Assembly (NCBI RefSeq): GCF_036321535.1
Contig: NC_087437.1
Location: forward strand, 42,968,001-43,032,000
DNA: 64,000 nucleotides
Direction: 5' to 3'
Origin: Camelus dromedarius
Taxonomy: Eukaryota
A program made the position numbers and the translations under genes. Shown piece by piece: positions 26,304 through 38,739 of the stretch. Position 1 is the stretch's first letter. Each line of letters starts with the position of its first letter. Below the pieces are notes generated by a model, which saw nothing but the letters and a program-made list of their open reading frames with translations, was not told the DNA's origin and made no database searches.

Positions 26304-26632
26304 CAGTTGGCCCTTCATGTCTGTGGGTTCTGCATCTTTGGATTCAACCAACCTTGGATCAAAAGCACATGAAAAAAAATTCCAGAAAGATCCAAAAAGC
26401 AAAACTTGAATTTACTGTGTGCTGGCAACTATTTATATAGCATTTATATTACACTGGACATCATAAGTAATCGAGAGATGATTTCAAGTATGCTGGAGGA
26501 TTTGTGTGAGTTATATGCAAATACTATGCCATTTTATGTAAGGGACCTGAGCATCCTTGGACTGTGGTCTAGGGAGGTGGCTGGGGAGGATGGTCCTGGA
26601 AGCAATTCCCTGTGGATAACAAGAGAGGATTG
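26304..26632. mobile_element. MER2/MER2B (TcMar-Tigger MITE)
   Basis: TA-flanked. cagttggcccttcatgtctgtgggttctgcatc..ggattcaaccaacc; ttatatgcaaatactatgccattttat. Confidence 0.9.
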
Positions 26633-27299
26633 TAATTCACTGCATCAGAGGGCTGATAGAAAAGTAGAATAGATGGAAGAACATCAAAGGATAAAGGAAC
26701 CAGTAACCTTTGATTTATTTGCACTGAATTATTAAAGAACATGATAGGTGAATAAATTGGTTTTAAGGCATTGAGCAACTAGGCATCAAGAATGCTATCT
26801 CTCTGAATTTGCAGTTGGTAGTAAAATGCACAGACTTTAAAAAAAAATATACTTACTCTTCTCATTTTTAAATTCTGGAGAGGCAGATAAATTACCTGAG
26901 AAGGTGATATCAACTCAAAGTAGTAAAATATTTGAACAATATGAATGTAAACTATAGAGTACTATGCATAATCCTTCCATATTTCTTAGGAATTTTTAAA
27001 TCATATTTCTCTGTCACTTCTTATACAGTCTTATGGTATGTTTTATAAAAATATCATAGTAAAACATACAAATTCTTCTTATCTGAAAATTTAATTTTGC
27101 TAGTGCAACCATCTACTTTGGGCTGAAAATTTGGAATACTGATGTTCTAACAAGGCAGTTAAGAGTGTCTCCCTAAGAGTCCTGGTAGAAAGAACTTTCT
27201 GGCTCTTTGAGCCTCTTCTGCAGCTGCAGGTCATTGTCAGCAGTCCCTGAGACATCTTATTATATATCAATAAATATTTCTCAAGTAGTAAAAAAAATA

Positions 27300-27990
27300 G
27301 AGTTCCACTTACTGAGTTTATATTATGCCATACTCTCTGCTAAAGTTTTACATATAGTAAATTTCATTTATTCCTCAATATATGCCTATGGGGTATTATC
27401 AACCTCATTTTGCAAATGAAGAAATTGAAGTTCAGCAACATTAAATATCATGCCCCAGGTCACACAGCTGTTGAGTCACTTGTCTGAGAATTCAATCCAG
27501 GCATGTTTATGAGGTATGAACCACACTCTCTGCCTTCTGGACATGTGCCATATTTTGCCTAGGTACTGAAGGAATTCATTTTTACATGCTCCCTGGTCCA
27601 AAGCATATAAAATGGCTTCATTTCAGCATCTGATAACAGACTACAAGTTGTGTTTATCTGTTAAAACTGCTAATACAAATGGGGAGCAGTTATCAGCAAC
27701 TTCAGTGTGTACTCTTTGTCTGTTGCAAATACATATGGAGTGGATGATGTCTGTGAGTTAATATATGTAAGTCATAATATAATAACTAACATTTTAAAGT
27801 ATTTGCCTTCTGCTAGGCCAAATTATAAGTGCTCTCCATGCATAAACTCTTTTAATGCTTACAACAACTATATGAAAATGGTACTCTCATTACACATATT
27901 TTATAAATGAGGAGAATGAGGCACAGTGAGGTTAATTATTTTGTCCAAATCCACTCAAACAGTAAGTGGAAACCTGATATTCATGCTTAG
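27300..27990 (-). mobile_element. Two MIR SINEs
   Basis: cattttgcaaatgaagaaattgaagttcag..aggtcacacagc; ttttataaatgaggagaatgaggcacag. Confidence 0.7.
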
Positions 27991-28119
27991 TCAGGGAAGC
28001 ACAAGAATTTAGATCAACCACTACTCTATAAAGCAAATACTCATAGAAAAAAGATTTAACACATGTGTAATGAATGATTTATTTGAGATATATATATATA
28101 ATTTCCTCAGGGTTTATGT

Positions 28120-29884
28120 TCTTACTTTTAAACTTTTTTGAGAGTTTCTGAAGATTTATAAAACTTGAAAGAAAATTACAGTTAACTTCCACATAGTCAC
28201 TGCCCCATATTCAACAATTACTGCATTTTGCCTTATCGAAATGACTAATCTGTAAAATGTTCTGCAATCCAGACTTGTCTATTTGGCTTTATTTTTCTTT
28301 TAACTTGTTTTTCCAGTTTCTTTATGTCTTTGCCAATATTTAGTGTTGCTAGTTTGTGTGTGTGTGTATTTGGTATTCTGTTGTTGATTTGTTTAGTTTT
28401 AACCATTCTACTCACTGTAGAGTTATAGTGGTATCTTATTATTATGGTTTTAATTGTCTCCTGACTGAAGATGTTGAACAGTTTTTTACGTGCTAATTGG
28501 CCATTTGTAAATCTTCTTAATGAAGTGTTTTTTTTTTTCAGATATTTTACTCATTTGTTTTATTTGTTGTCTTTTTATTATTGAATTATAAATATTCTCT
28601 CATATATCCCAGATAATACTAGTTCTCAGCCAGATTTATGTTTTACAAATATTTTTCTGAGTTTATTGCTTTCCTGTTCATTTTCTTAATAGTCTTTTTT
28701 TCTTTATGGAGCAGAGCTTTTTGATTTGATGAAATTATACACACACACAGTTTTTTCTCTTTGGTTTGCTTCCTATGGCCTCCCTAAGAAATTGTGACTG
28801 CCCTCCAGTCATGCAAACCAGACATTCTGTGTGTTTCTCCAACAGCCTTTTATTTTAGATTTATGTTTAAATGCTTAATCTGAATTATTTTTATGTCTGA
28901 TACGAGATAGGGGCTGAAAGTCTTTTTTCCCCCTTTTGAATATCCACTTATTCCAGCACCATTTGCTGAAAAAACTTCCTGCTATCATTTGATTGCTTTT
29001 GCATATTTGTCAAATATCACATGATTAAATAAGAGGGAATTTGTTTCTGAGCTCGTTATTTTGTTTCATTGATCTATTTGTCAATTTTTATCCCAGTACC
29101 ATTTAATCTTGATTACTGGAGCATTATACTAACACTTGAAATCAGATAGCATGAATCCTCTAATGTTATTATTCTTTATTAAATTGCTTTTAATGTTCTG
29201 GACATTTCCATATAAGTTTTATAAGCAGCTTAACAGTTGTTTTGTCTGTTCAAAGTCCTTTGTGTATCCGTATACATTTTACAATCTGCTTGTCAATTTT
29301 TACAAAAGAAAAGCTGCAGAGATTTTATTAATGATGGTACTGAATCTTTAGATTAATTTGAGAAGATGGGTATCTTTCAATTCATGAACATGGAATATTG
29401 CACCATTTAGTTAGAACTTATTTAATTTCTGTTCACAATCTTTTGTTGTTTTTATCATCTTGCATACATCTTCCACATTTTTTGCTTAGTTTATCCCTTA
29501 GTGTTTCATATAGTGATGCTATCATAAATAGACTTGCTTTTCATTTTAATATCCAGTTAGTTATTGGTCTGTATAACTTTTTATATTGACCATGTTTTGT
29601 GCTAGTTTTAAAAAAATCACCTTCCAGTCTAATAGCTTTTTGATAGGTTCTTTATGGGTTTCTGTGCAGATGATCATGTTATCCACAAATAATATGTTTT
29701 TACTTCTTCATTTCTCATATGTCTGGTTGTATTTTTTTTTCTTGCCTTAATTCACTGACCAAAACTTTCAGCACAAACTTGCTTAATGATAAAAGCAGAT
29801 TATTCTTGATTTGTTTCCAATCTTAAGGGAAAGCATTCAGTTTTTCACAATTAAATAGGTTATTAGCCATATATGTGTGCGCGC

Positions 29885-29932
<48 letters not shown>

Positions 29933-31390
29933 TTAAGAAGCTTAATCAAGTATGTTTACTGTTTTTACATACGGGTGTTTGGAGGTATGATTTACTTGCC
30001 CTTGTTTGGCTAGTTGACTGTGCCAGAGCTATCAGTTACATTCATTTTCATACTATTTCTCAGAAATCTAAGAGATGTCCCAGGAAGATTTCAGTACACA
30101 TTTGCTTTTCATCTTGTTTTGAGCTTTTTTGTTTTGAGCTTATTTTGACTTTTTTTTTTTTCATAACAGATGTTCTTTATCAGTTTTAGGAAATTCCCCC
30201 CTATTACTAATTTACTGAGACTTTTTTTTAATCATAAAAGAGCATTTTTCTGAATTTTTAAAAAATAGCTATTGAAAAAATGGTATTATCTTCCTTTTGT
30301 AGTCACCATAGTTAGTATGACTGATTGTGCCCTGACTTTCAGTTATTAAACCAACCTTGCATTTCCCAGATAAGCCCTACTTGGTAAAGATGTATCATCA
30401 TTTTTATATATTGCTGATTTCAATTAATATTTCGCTAAGGATTTTGTGTGTCCAGGTTCATAAGGGATATTAGTCTGTAGATTTTTTTTTTCTTAGAAGG
30501 CCTGTTTTTGGTTTTGATATCCCAGTAAAGTTCACTTCGTAAGTTGTCGTTTTCTCTTACTTCCTATTTTCTGAAAGTGCTTTTGGAGGGTTGGTATTAT
30601 TTCTTCTGTAATTGTTTAGTAGAATTCATGGGTGACAGACATCTGGGACTGGACTTTTATTTATGGGGCTGTTTCTCAATTCAGTTTCAGTTTATTCTTG
30701 AGTGGCTTTTATAGATTGTGTCTTTCAAGGAATTTGTCTATTTTATCTAAGTTGTCAACTGTATTGGCATAAAGTTGTTTGTATTATTTATATGAGCATA
30801 AATTCATATTATTACCCTTAATGTCTATGACACCTAAGTGATATTCCTTCTAAGTGATATTTCTCGTTATTGTTAATTTGTGTTTTCCCTTTCTATTCCC
30901 TGATCATGCTGGTTATGTGTTTATTGATTGTTTTGAAGTTTTCAAAGAACCAGCTCTATTGCTCTATTTCTTTACCATTTCCTATTTCACAGACTTCTGC
31001 TCTTACCTTTATGATTTCCTTCCTTCTACTTACTTTCAGTTCAATTTCTTCTTTTAATTGTTTCCATTTTCTTAAGATGGACTTTTAGATACTTGGTTTA
31101 AAACCTTTCTTCTTTTCTTATAAAGGCATTTGATGCTGTAGACTTCTCTCAAAGCACTGCTTTATCTGTTTTTTCCCCCACACATTTTGTATGTTACTTT
31201 ATCATTCAGTTAAAAATATTTTCTAATGTCCTGTGTGATTTTGTCGTTGACTATAGATTCTTAGAAGTATGTTATTTAATTTCCAAATATTTGTAGTCTT
31301 AAAAATCTTACTGTTATGATTTCTAATTCAGTTTTGTTCTGTCAGACCACATTTTTTTGCATGAGTTCAGTGTTTTTTAAAGCATTGTGA
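28120..31390 (-). mobile_element. Old L1 (L1M-type), fragmented, with an internal non-L1 insert
   Basis: ORF2-antisense motifs (ttccagcaccatttgctgaaaaa; cttaagggaaagcattcagtttttcac; aaaccaaccttgcatt). Confidence 0.8.
29868..29932. repeat. Compound alternating purine-pyrimidine tract (AT)n(GT)n(GC)5..(GT)20
   Basis: Direct reading. Confidence 0.97.
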
Positions 31391-31909
31391 TCTCAACTTC
31401 TAAGGATTTTGTGCTACCAATTATACTTGGATTTTTATATCTTTATGCTTTTTCTTATGCTTCTTTGGGATTCTAGTCCCTCTTCATCACTCAACTTTGA
31501 GAATAGAAGCCATGTCTTCATCATCCTATATTCACCAGTCAGTCCTTTACTGAGTACCTGTGTTGTATATTTATTGTTCTGAGAATCTAGAATGCAAAGA
31601 TGTAGTTCCTGTCTTTGATTATGTAGAATATATACTCTTTCATCTCTCATCTTTACCACTCTCATCAGTCCCTAACTTAACACCTTGTAATAAAAAGATG
31701 TATTACTGAACTGAATAGCCACCAATTATGTAGTCTATAATTATATGTACCATCATTTGAACTTTTTTGTTATACTGCATATTCTTTTTAAAGCTGTAGT
31801 AAGTGATCACTTATGCAAAATTTAAGCTTTAGACTAAACTTCCAATTTCTATTGAAATCATAACATTTTATTAATTTTCTTTTCTTATTTAGCCCATAAT
31901 CATCATTAC

Positions 31910-32030
31910 CTGCAGTCCATCAGTAGTTTTCTTAACCTGGTGATTGAGATAGTTGTAAAATATCTCGGTAATTTCTTATCTATAGTGATGTTCAAAGTTC
32001 TTAAAAAATTGGAACCAATAGTGATAGATA
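31910..32030 (-). pseudogene. Exon remnant 6 (121 nt, phase 2-0): (S)IYHYWFQFFKNFEHHYR*EITEIFYNYLNHQVKKTTDGLQ
   Basis: tttttaatttag| acceptor and cag|GTAATG donor. Single TAA at 31976-31978. Phase matches exon 5. Confidence 0.65.
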
Positions 32031-34878
32031 CTAAATTAAAAATATTTTTAACCAAACATGAGAAAATATGAGGTACATTGAAATCATGAGCAGTGGAGTT
32101 ACTGACTATGTGGATTCTTCTATAAGGGGCACATTAATATTTAGCCTTTCTGATGTTAGCTCATCACAATTGACAGAGATGCTTTGGTTGTGAGTTTGGA
32201 ATATAAATATAAATGTGGCTGATAGAAAGAATAAAATATTTTTCTTAGTGAGAATACATAAAAATAGATTGGTATAGCTAGTTAATATTTAATCACATGT
32301 TCAAACAGAACACAGAAAGTAAGATTTAAAGAAATATGACTTGTTGTTTTAACTAGATTTTTAAACTCTTTATTAATTACTAAATCCTTTCTTAATCTCA
32401 CTCTGAGGTTTTGAAGCCTTTTGTTATTCTACCAGAAGCTTTTTCAGCTGTTCTCAATTCTGTTCTTTAAAATATTTTTAGTAAAGTGTACCAATTACTT
32501 CTAAAATGGCAGGAAAAGAAAGTTATGCAGTGGTGTGAGGGTACTGTTCTCCATGAATTATTGTGAATGCGTTTTCTCCAGATGAAGGACTTTTGTTTTC
32601 TGATTTTGTCATTATTTCTTCAGAAAGCTTATTTATGTCTTCTCCTAAACGTCTATAGATATCCAGTAAACCAGCAGTATCAACTCACAAGTATTAGACA
32701 CTTCTTTCTATGAAAATCTTGGGATGAAGATTATTCACATATACATATATACCTTTTTCATATCATAATTTTTAATGTACAGTTAAGTAAAACATAACAT
32801 GTCTACCAGCATGCTTGTGAATTCCAGTTTTCTTAAACCCTATCCCAAAACTGAGTAGGATTATTCCTTTAAATAGCTTTGTTTTCGGAGGCCTTCTCTA
32901 ACTCCCCAGTGTTGATTTACCCCCCTTATTACTAGCTCCCATCTCACCCTAGGCTTATATTTACCTAATCACAACACTCAGCACTCAACACTTAGTAGTA
33001 TCATTTAACCAGTTGTCTCTGTTGCTTGCTGTACTGTGAGTTTCATGAAGGCCTGACTCAGGTTCTTGGTTACTACAACACCAAATACAAAGCTGGTACA
33101 TGGTAGACACTAAAGAAAATATCTGTGGATTTCAGTGGTAATCTAATGTGTGTACCTTCTAAGCCGCCATCCTCCAGGCTTGTTTAGCTCTTCCAGTAAG
33201 ACAGTTCAGAGTTATGAACAGGAAATCATAAGGCTGAAAGCTTAGCTGTCAGACTTTCACAGACTTCTAGTAATAATTATTTTCTAAGAACTTAGAAAAT
33301 ATTAAAAATAAGCAAACAAGCAAAAATAAAATCCAAAGTCCAAAATTGGAGGGGACTTTTCCTACCTACTTTTCTCGCTTAGCAATTTTCCTTTATCATG
33401 CCACAAGTTCTGTTTATAGTGGGAACTGTTACTGATTTTGAGTGACAGATTTTGTCCAGTTTTGAGAGATGGAGGGAAAAATTTGGAATGAATGACAATT
33501 TAAAATGTATTACTATTTTTTATATTCAGTACATGTACAACAATCCTCATTAGTATAAAGAATAAATACAGTTTATAACATTTTTATCAGAAGAAGGTTG
33601 GCTTCTCCCTGGCTTGTTAGTTAAATGGTGAACAATCACTTAAAGAATATTGGTTGGAAGGATTCCAAATGGTTTGCGTACCCAGGGCACCTACACACCT
33701 TAGTGCAGGCACGCCCCTCTAATAATAGGACAGCGTGTCTCACTACCCACAGGTTTCAAGTTCATGGCAAATCCCAAAATTGTATCCTCTCACTCGTTCT
33801 TGATTTAATAACACCTGTCATGACCTAGACTTTGAGGTTTCTAGACACTTAATGACTTTGTATTTTAACTCACACTGTAATAATTTTTCCACAAATATTT
33901 TTGCAAATTTAAACATTTCAAGTGGTAAGCAGTTCATTTTGACAGCAATCAAACACTGTTATCAAGAATGGATTTCTATTCTTAAATGTTCAGAAGTGAT
34001 TATTAATTTTTTTGGCCATAAACATTAACTCTAGTTCTTGGCAATTTTCCTAGAGACTTGAGAAGAGAGGATCTTACGTCTCAAAATTTCTGAAATATAT
34101 AAATAAATCTCCAGGTCTAAAGGAGTAATTTCAATGAAATGTGATACCTTTACTCGTCTGTGAACTCTGAGATGACACAAATTAAGTTGATTTGAGGTTT
34201 GTGCCATGTCAGGTCATGTATTTGATAAATGCTTCCAGAGGATGTGAACTACTACTCTGATGTTGCCACAGTTCTTAGTTTTTCACAAGAGGACTGTATG
34301 CTTTCCCAGCTAACGCTTTCTTCGTATGCCCACATGTGTTTCAAGTTCATTTGTGTGTGTGTTTGTTTTACCAAATATTTAAATTTACTCTTTATATTGA
34401 AAAATATGTGTAGGGTTTGGGGAATTTTTTCTATGAAATCAGTCACTTGCAGGAGAGGTATTAATATTTTGGTGCAGCATATAAATACTGAGTATAGAAC
34501 AACTGGGGAAGAGAAATAGCAAATGGCACACATCGCTGAATTTAAATCGACATCCTCTCCCCTGGCAGTACTTCTAAGTTCCTGTATGACCTTCGCAAAG
34601 GGGCTTCAAGTTAAAACACTTAGAGGAAGCAGTGATCAGGTTGGCAACAGAAGCTAAAAATGCACCTCTGTGTCTTAGAGCCTACTTATATCTGAATTGC
34701 TTTTTGTTGTAGTTATATAAACTACAAGAGACTTGTATATGAATTATACTCTATTTATTAATTATATGTGATTTTATAGATCTTTTACAATTTATGAAGT
34801 CTTATTGTGTATAGTGTCTCTTTTTTCTGTACAGTTAACGTGCAAGAAGATATGGATGTTTGTGTATATACATTTTGC

Positions 34879-34881
<3 letters not shown>

Positions 34882-34922
<41 letters not shown>
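34882..34922. repeat. (TA)n microsatellite, about 20 units
   Basis: Direct reading. Confidence 0.97.
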
Positions 34923-34927
<5 letters not shown>

Positions 34928-36709
34928 TATGTGCATATTGTATTTATAAAATTAACCCTATTTACAAATGAGAGAATTGACACTTAAAGATGTCAAATGA
35001 CTAACCTGAAGCCTCACAGCTCTTAAGGCCCATACGCACAACTTGAATACTTAAAATCTTGGTTAAAGCCTACTTAAGTAATACATAAGTACTAAGCAAT
35101 TTGGCAACAGATAGAATAAATCCATTAGCAAATATTTGCTAAGTGCCTACTGTGTGCAAATTAGTGCAGGAACCTCATTTTCTCATTGCTCAGTGGCACT
35201 TTCTAAACTCCTTGGCTATTAGATGGTTGCATTTTCCATCATTATAAAGGCATGACCCTCTCCTGGGCTTCAAGCCAAACACTGAACAGCATGAGATAAT
35301 GTGCAAAGACTTATTCCTGTCATCTGATAATTTATAAAAGCAAAATTGTCCATGAGAAAGATTTCTATAAATATGCTTTATATAAAACCATGTGTAAAAG
35401 CTTTTACCTTTTGAATGAAGCCATTTGTTTTCACTTATATTTTAAGGTTGTTGATCAGTTTGGCCTACTAAGCTGTTACAGAACCAGACATTCCTAGTGC
35501 CTGCCGTTCTCCCTGGGAATGTTTGTCACTTTGTAGGAACCACATTATCTTTTGGAGGCCACCTGGGGATAGTTTTTTTATTAATTTGTTGGTTTACCAG
35601 TCTCTAATTATCCTGAAATACTTAATGCTGATTCCAAAGGTGCTACAGAGAACAGCACTGTAGGTCTGATACTTGGTAATTTTCACTTGATGATATCTTT
35701 CATGGGAAATTCTGAATGTATATCTAGAAGGGAGCCCTGGCTGGAATTCTTTCTCCTTCACTTATTATTCTCAATGAAGACATTCTGTTTCCTTTGCTCA
35801 CCGAGGAGGAGAAATAACACACAAGAGTTACTGGCAGCAAAATAGGAAAACAGCAACATCAGAAATATGATAATTAGGTGGCCTCTAATGATGCATATGT
35901 CATAAACTGCCAGTTAATCTTGATTATAAGAAATGAGGTCAACTTCAGTTACCAACAATTCCTCTTCTAGATGATCTTGACAACCATCAGTGGTCAGTGC
36001 AGTTTCCAACTTGGCTTCTGTTTCATTGGACCACTATGGGCACACCTTTTTACTTCACTTCAGAATTCTTATCTGGAGACTACAGGGAATGTTGTTTCTA
36101 GTTACTGTGTAGAATCCACATATTTGCTTATTTATACATAATACAGAACATATGTATAAAGCATTTGGTGAATTCATGAAGAAACATGTGGAATATATGC
36201 CAAGATCTTAAACTGATAGCTCGTAAGTGTGCTTCAGCATTTCCAGAAACAGTCAGTGTTTTGATTTCCTTTACATCAGGTTTATTTCAAACTTTTTTTT
36301 TCATCAGCTTCCATAATTGAAAATACAGCCTAAAAAGACAAAAATGTAGTTTGCAAAGTGCATATCTTGTGGTTCAAATGTTCTGATGGTATGAGGATCC
36401 TTGAAATCTGTTGACTTCGCATTCATTCTCCACGCCACTCTGCTGCCATGCGCAGCCCAAGGTTAAAAAAGACCTGTTTATGTCCAAGTTTCCATGTCTT
36501 GTTTTCTCATGCACTCTTCAAACCACTCCAATTCAGCTTCACATCAACTGTGCACCAAAATAGATTTTATCAGACATTTTCTTTCAGTCCTCTTGACTGT
36601 TGATCTCTCAGCAGCATTTGACCTCACTGGCTACTTCTTCTTTTCCTTATCTTTTTCTCCTTTTCACTCTCATTTCTTCTTTCAGAATTCCCTGCAGGCT
36701 TGTCCTCTT

Positions 36710-38537
36710 TTTTTTTTTTTTTAACATTTTTTATTGATTTATAATCATTTTACAATGTTGTGTCAAATTCCAGTGTTCAGCACAATTTTTCAGTTATTCA
36801 TGGACATATACACACTCATTGTCTACATTTTTTTCTCTGTGAGTTATCATAACATTTTGTGTATATTTCCCTGTGCTATACAGTGTAGTCTATTCTACAA
36901 TTTTGAAATCCCAGTCTATCCCTTCCCACCCTCCACCCCCCTGGTAACCACAAGTCTGTATTCTCTGTCTGTGAGTCTATTTCTGTCCTTTATTTACGCT
37001 TTGTTTTTGTTTGTTTGTTTGTTTCTGTTTTTGTTTTTTAGATTCCACATATGAGCCATCTCATATGGTATTTTTCTTTCTCTTTCTGGCTTACTTCACT
37101 TAGAATGACATTCTCCAGGAGCATCCATGTTGCTGCAAATGGCATTATATTGTCGGTTTTTATGGCTGAGTAGTATTCCATTGTATAAATATACCACATC
37201 TTCTTTATCCAGTCACCTGTTGATGGACATTTAGGCTGTTTCCATGTTTTGGCTATTGTAAATAGTGCTGCTATGAACATTGGGGTGCAGGTGTCATCCT
37301 GAAGTAGGGTTCCTTCTGGATGCAAGCCCAGGAGTGGGATTCCTGGGTCATATGGTAAGTCTATTCCTAGTCTTTTGAGGAATCTCCAAACTGTTTTCCA
37401 TAGTGGCTGCACCAAACTGCATTCCCACCAGCAGTGTAGGAGGGTTCCCCTTTCTCCACAGCCTCTCCAGCATTTGTCATTTGTGGATTTTTGAATAACA
37501 GCCATTCTGACTGGTGTGAGGTGATACCTCATTGTAGTTTTGATTTGCATTTCTCTGATAATTAGTGATATTGAGCATTTTTTCATGTGCTTTTTGATCA
37601 TTTGTATGTCTTCCTTGGAGAATGGCTTGTTTAGGTCTTCTGCCCATTTTTGGATTGGGTTGTTTATTTTTTTCTTATTGAGTCGTATGAGCTGCTTATA
37701 TATTCTGGAGATCAAGCCTTTGTCGGTTTCACTTGCAAACATTTTCTCCCATTCCGTAGGTTTTCTTCTTGTTTTATTTCTGGTTTCCTTAGCTGTGCAG
37801 AAGCTTGTAAGTTTCATTAGGTCCCATTTGTTTATTCTTGCTTTTATTTCTTCTAGGAGAAAATTTTTGAAATGTATGTCAGATAATGTTTTGCCTATGT
37901 TTTCCTCTAGGAGGTTTATTGTATCTTGTCTTATGTTTAAGTCTTTAATCCATTTTGAGTTGATTTTTGTATATGGTGTAAGGGAGTGTTCTAGCTTCAT
38001 TGTTTTACATGCTGCTGTCCAGTTTTCCCAACACCATTTGCTAAAGAGATTGTCTTTATTCCAATGTATATTCTTGCCTCCTTTGTCAAAGATGAGTTGA
38101 CCAAAAGTTTGTGGGTTCATTTCTGGGCTCTCTATTCTGTTCCATCGGTCTATATGTCTGTTTTGGTACCAATACCATGCTGTCTTGATGACTGTAGCTC
38201 TATAGTATTGTCTGAAGTCTGGGAGAGTTATTCCACCAGCCTCTTTCTTTCTCTTCAGTAATGCTTTGGCAATTCTAGGTCTTTGATGGTTCCATATGAA
38301 TTTTATTATGATTTTTTCTAGTTCTGTGAAATATGTCCTGGGTAATTGGATAGGGATTGCATTAAATCTGTAGATTGCCTTGGGCAGTGTGACCATTTTA
38401 ACAATATTGATTCTTCCAATCCAAGAGCATGGAATATCTTTCCATTTTTTAAAGTCTTCTTTAATTTCCTTCATCAATGGTTTATAGTTTTCTGTGTATA
38501 ATTCTTTCACCTCCTTGGTTAGATTTATTCCCAGATA
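36710..38537 (-). mobile_element. Young 5'-truncated LINE-1 (~1.83 kb) with poly(A) tail and TSD
   Basis: TSD ttgtcctctt at 36700-36709 and 38538-38547, followed by aa (endonuclease-type site). T-tract at the left end. Uninterrupted ORF2 frame. Confidence 0.97.
37038..38537 (-). CDS. L1 ORF2p C-terminal fragment (end of RT through the cysteine-rich domain); no true start, unlikely to be expressed
   Basis: Frame is open from [14 protein letters not shown] through [17 protein letters not shown] and [18 protein letters not shown] to the stop. Confidence 0.93.
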   Translation of the reverse strand, partial: YLGINLTKEVKELYTENYKPLMKEIKEDFKKWKDIPCSWIGRINIVKMVTLPKAIYRFNAIPIQLPRTYFTELEKIIIKFIWNHQRPRIAKALLKRKKEAGGITLPDFRQYYRATVIKTAWYWYQNRHIDRWNRIESPEMNPQTFGQLIFDKGGKNIHWNKDNLFSKWCWENWTAACKTMKLEHSLTPYTKINSKWIKDLNIRQDTINLLEENIGKTLSDIHFKNFLLEEIKARINKWDLMKLTSFCTAKETRNKTRRKPTEWEKMFASETDKGLISRIYKQLIRLNKKKINNPIQKWAEDLNKPFSKEDIQMIKKHMKKCSISLIIREMQIKTTMRYHLTPVRMAVIQKSTNDKCWRGCGERGTLLHCWWECSLVQPLWKTVWRFLKRLGIDLPYDPGIPLLGLHPEGTLLQDDTCTPMFIAALFTIAKTWKQPKCPSTGDWIKKMWYIYTMEYYSAIKTDNIMPFAATWMLLENVILSEVSQKEKEKYHMRWLICGI

Positions 38538-38697
38538 TTGTCCTCTTAAACATGACTATTTAGTGTCAGAGTTTCTCAAGGCCAATAACTCCTGGATGTA
38601 AATGGGCAAGACCCCAATTCTAAGCAGCAGGCCCTATCTCATAGATGTCTCAAGTTTAACAAGTCTGTAACTAAATAAAATATACCTTTCTTCTCCA

Positions 38698-38739
38698 ACA
38701 CACACACACAGGTACACACACACACACACACACACACAC
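38698..38739. repeat. Interrupted (CA)n microsatellite
   Basis: Direct reading. Confidence 0.9.

Noticed and set aside
31893..31939. Plus-strand exon reading HNHHYLQSISSFLNL
   Set aside because: Weak donor, no partner exons, and the minus-strand exon here fits the phase chain better.
31910..32030. Alternative fully open frame of exon 6 (SITIGSNFLRTL..LRKLLMDC)
   Set aside because: Out of phase with exon 5 and lacks the IQCM-like residues. It cannot be fully excluded.
37540..38100. 186-aa plus-strand ORF
   Set aside because: Antisense shadow of L1 ORF2. The same applies to the ORFs at 8611-9296 and 36734-37054.
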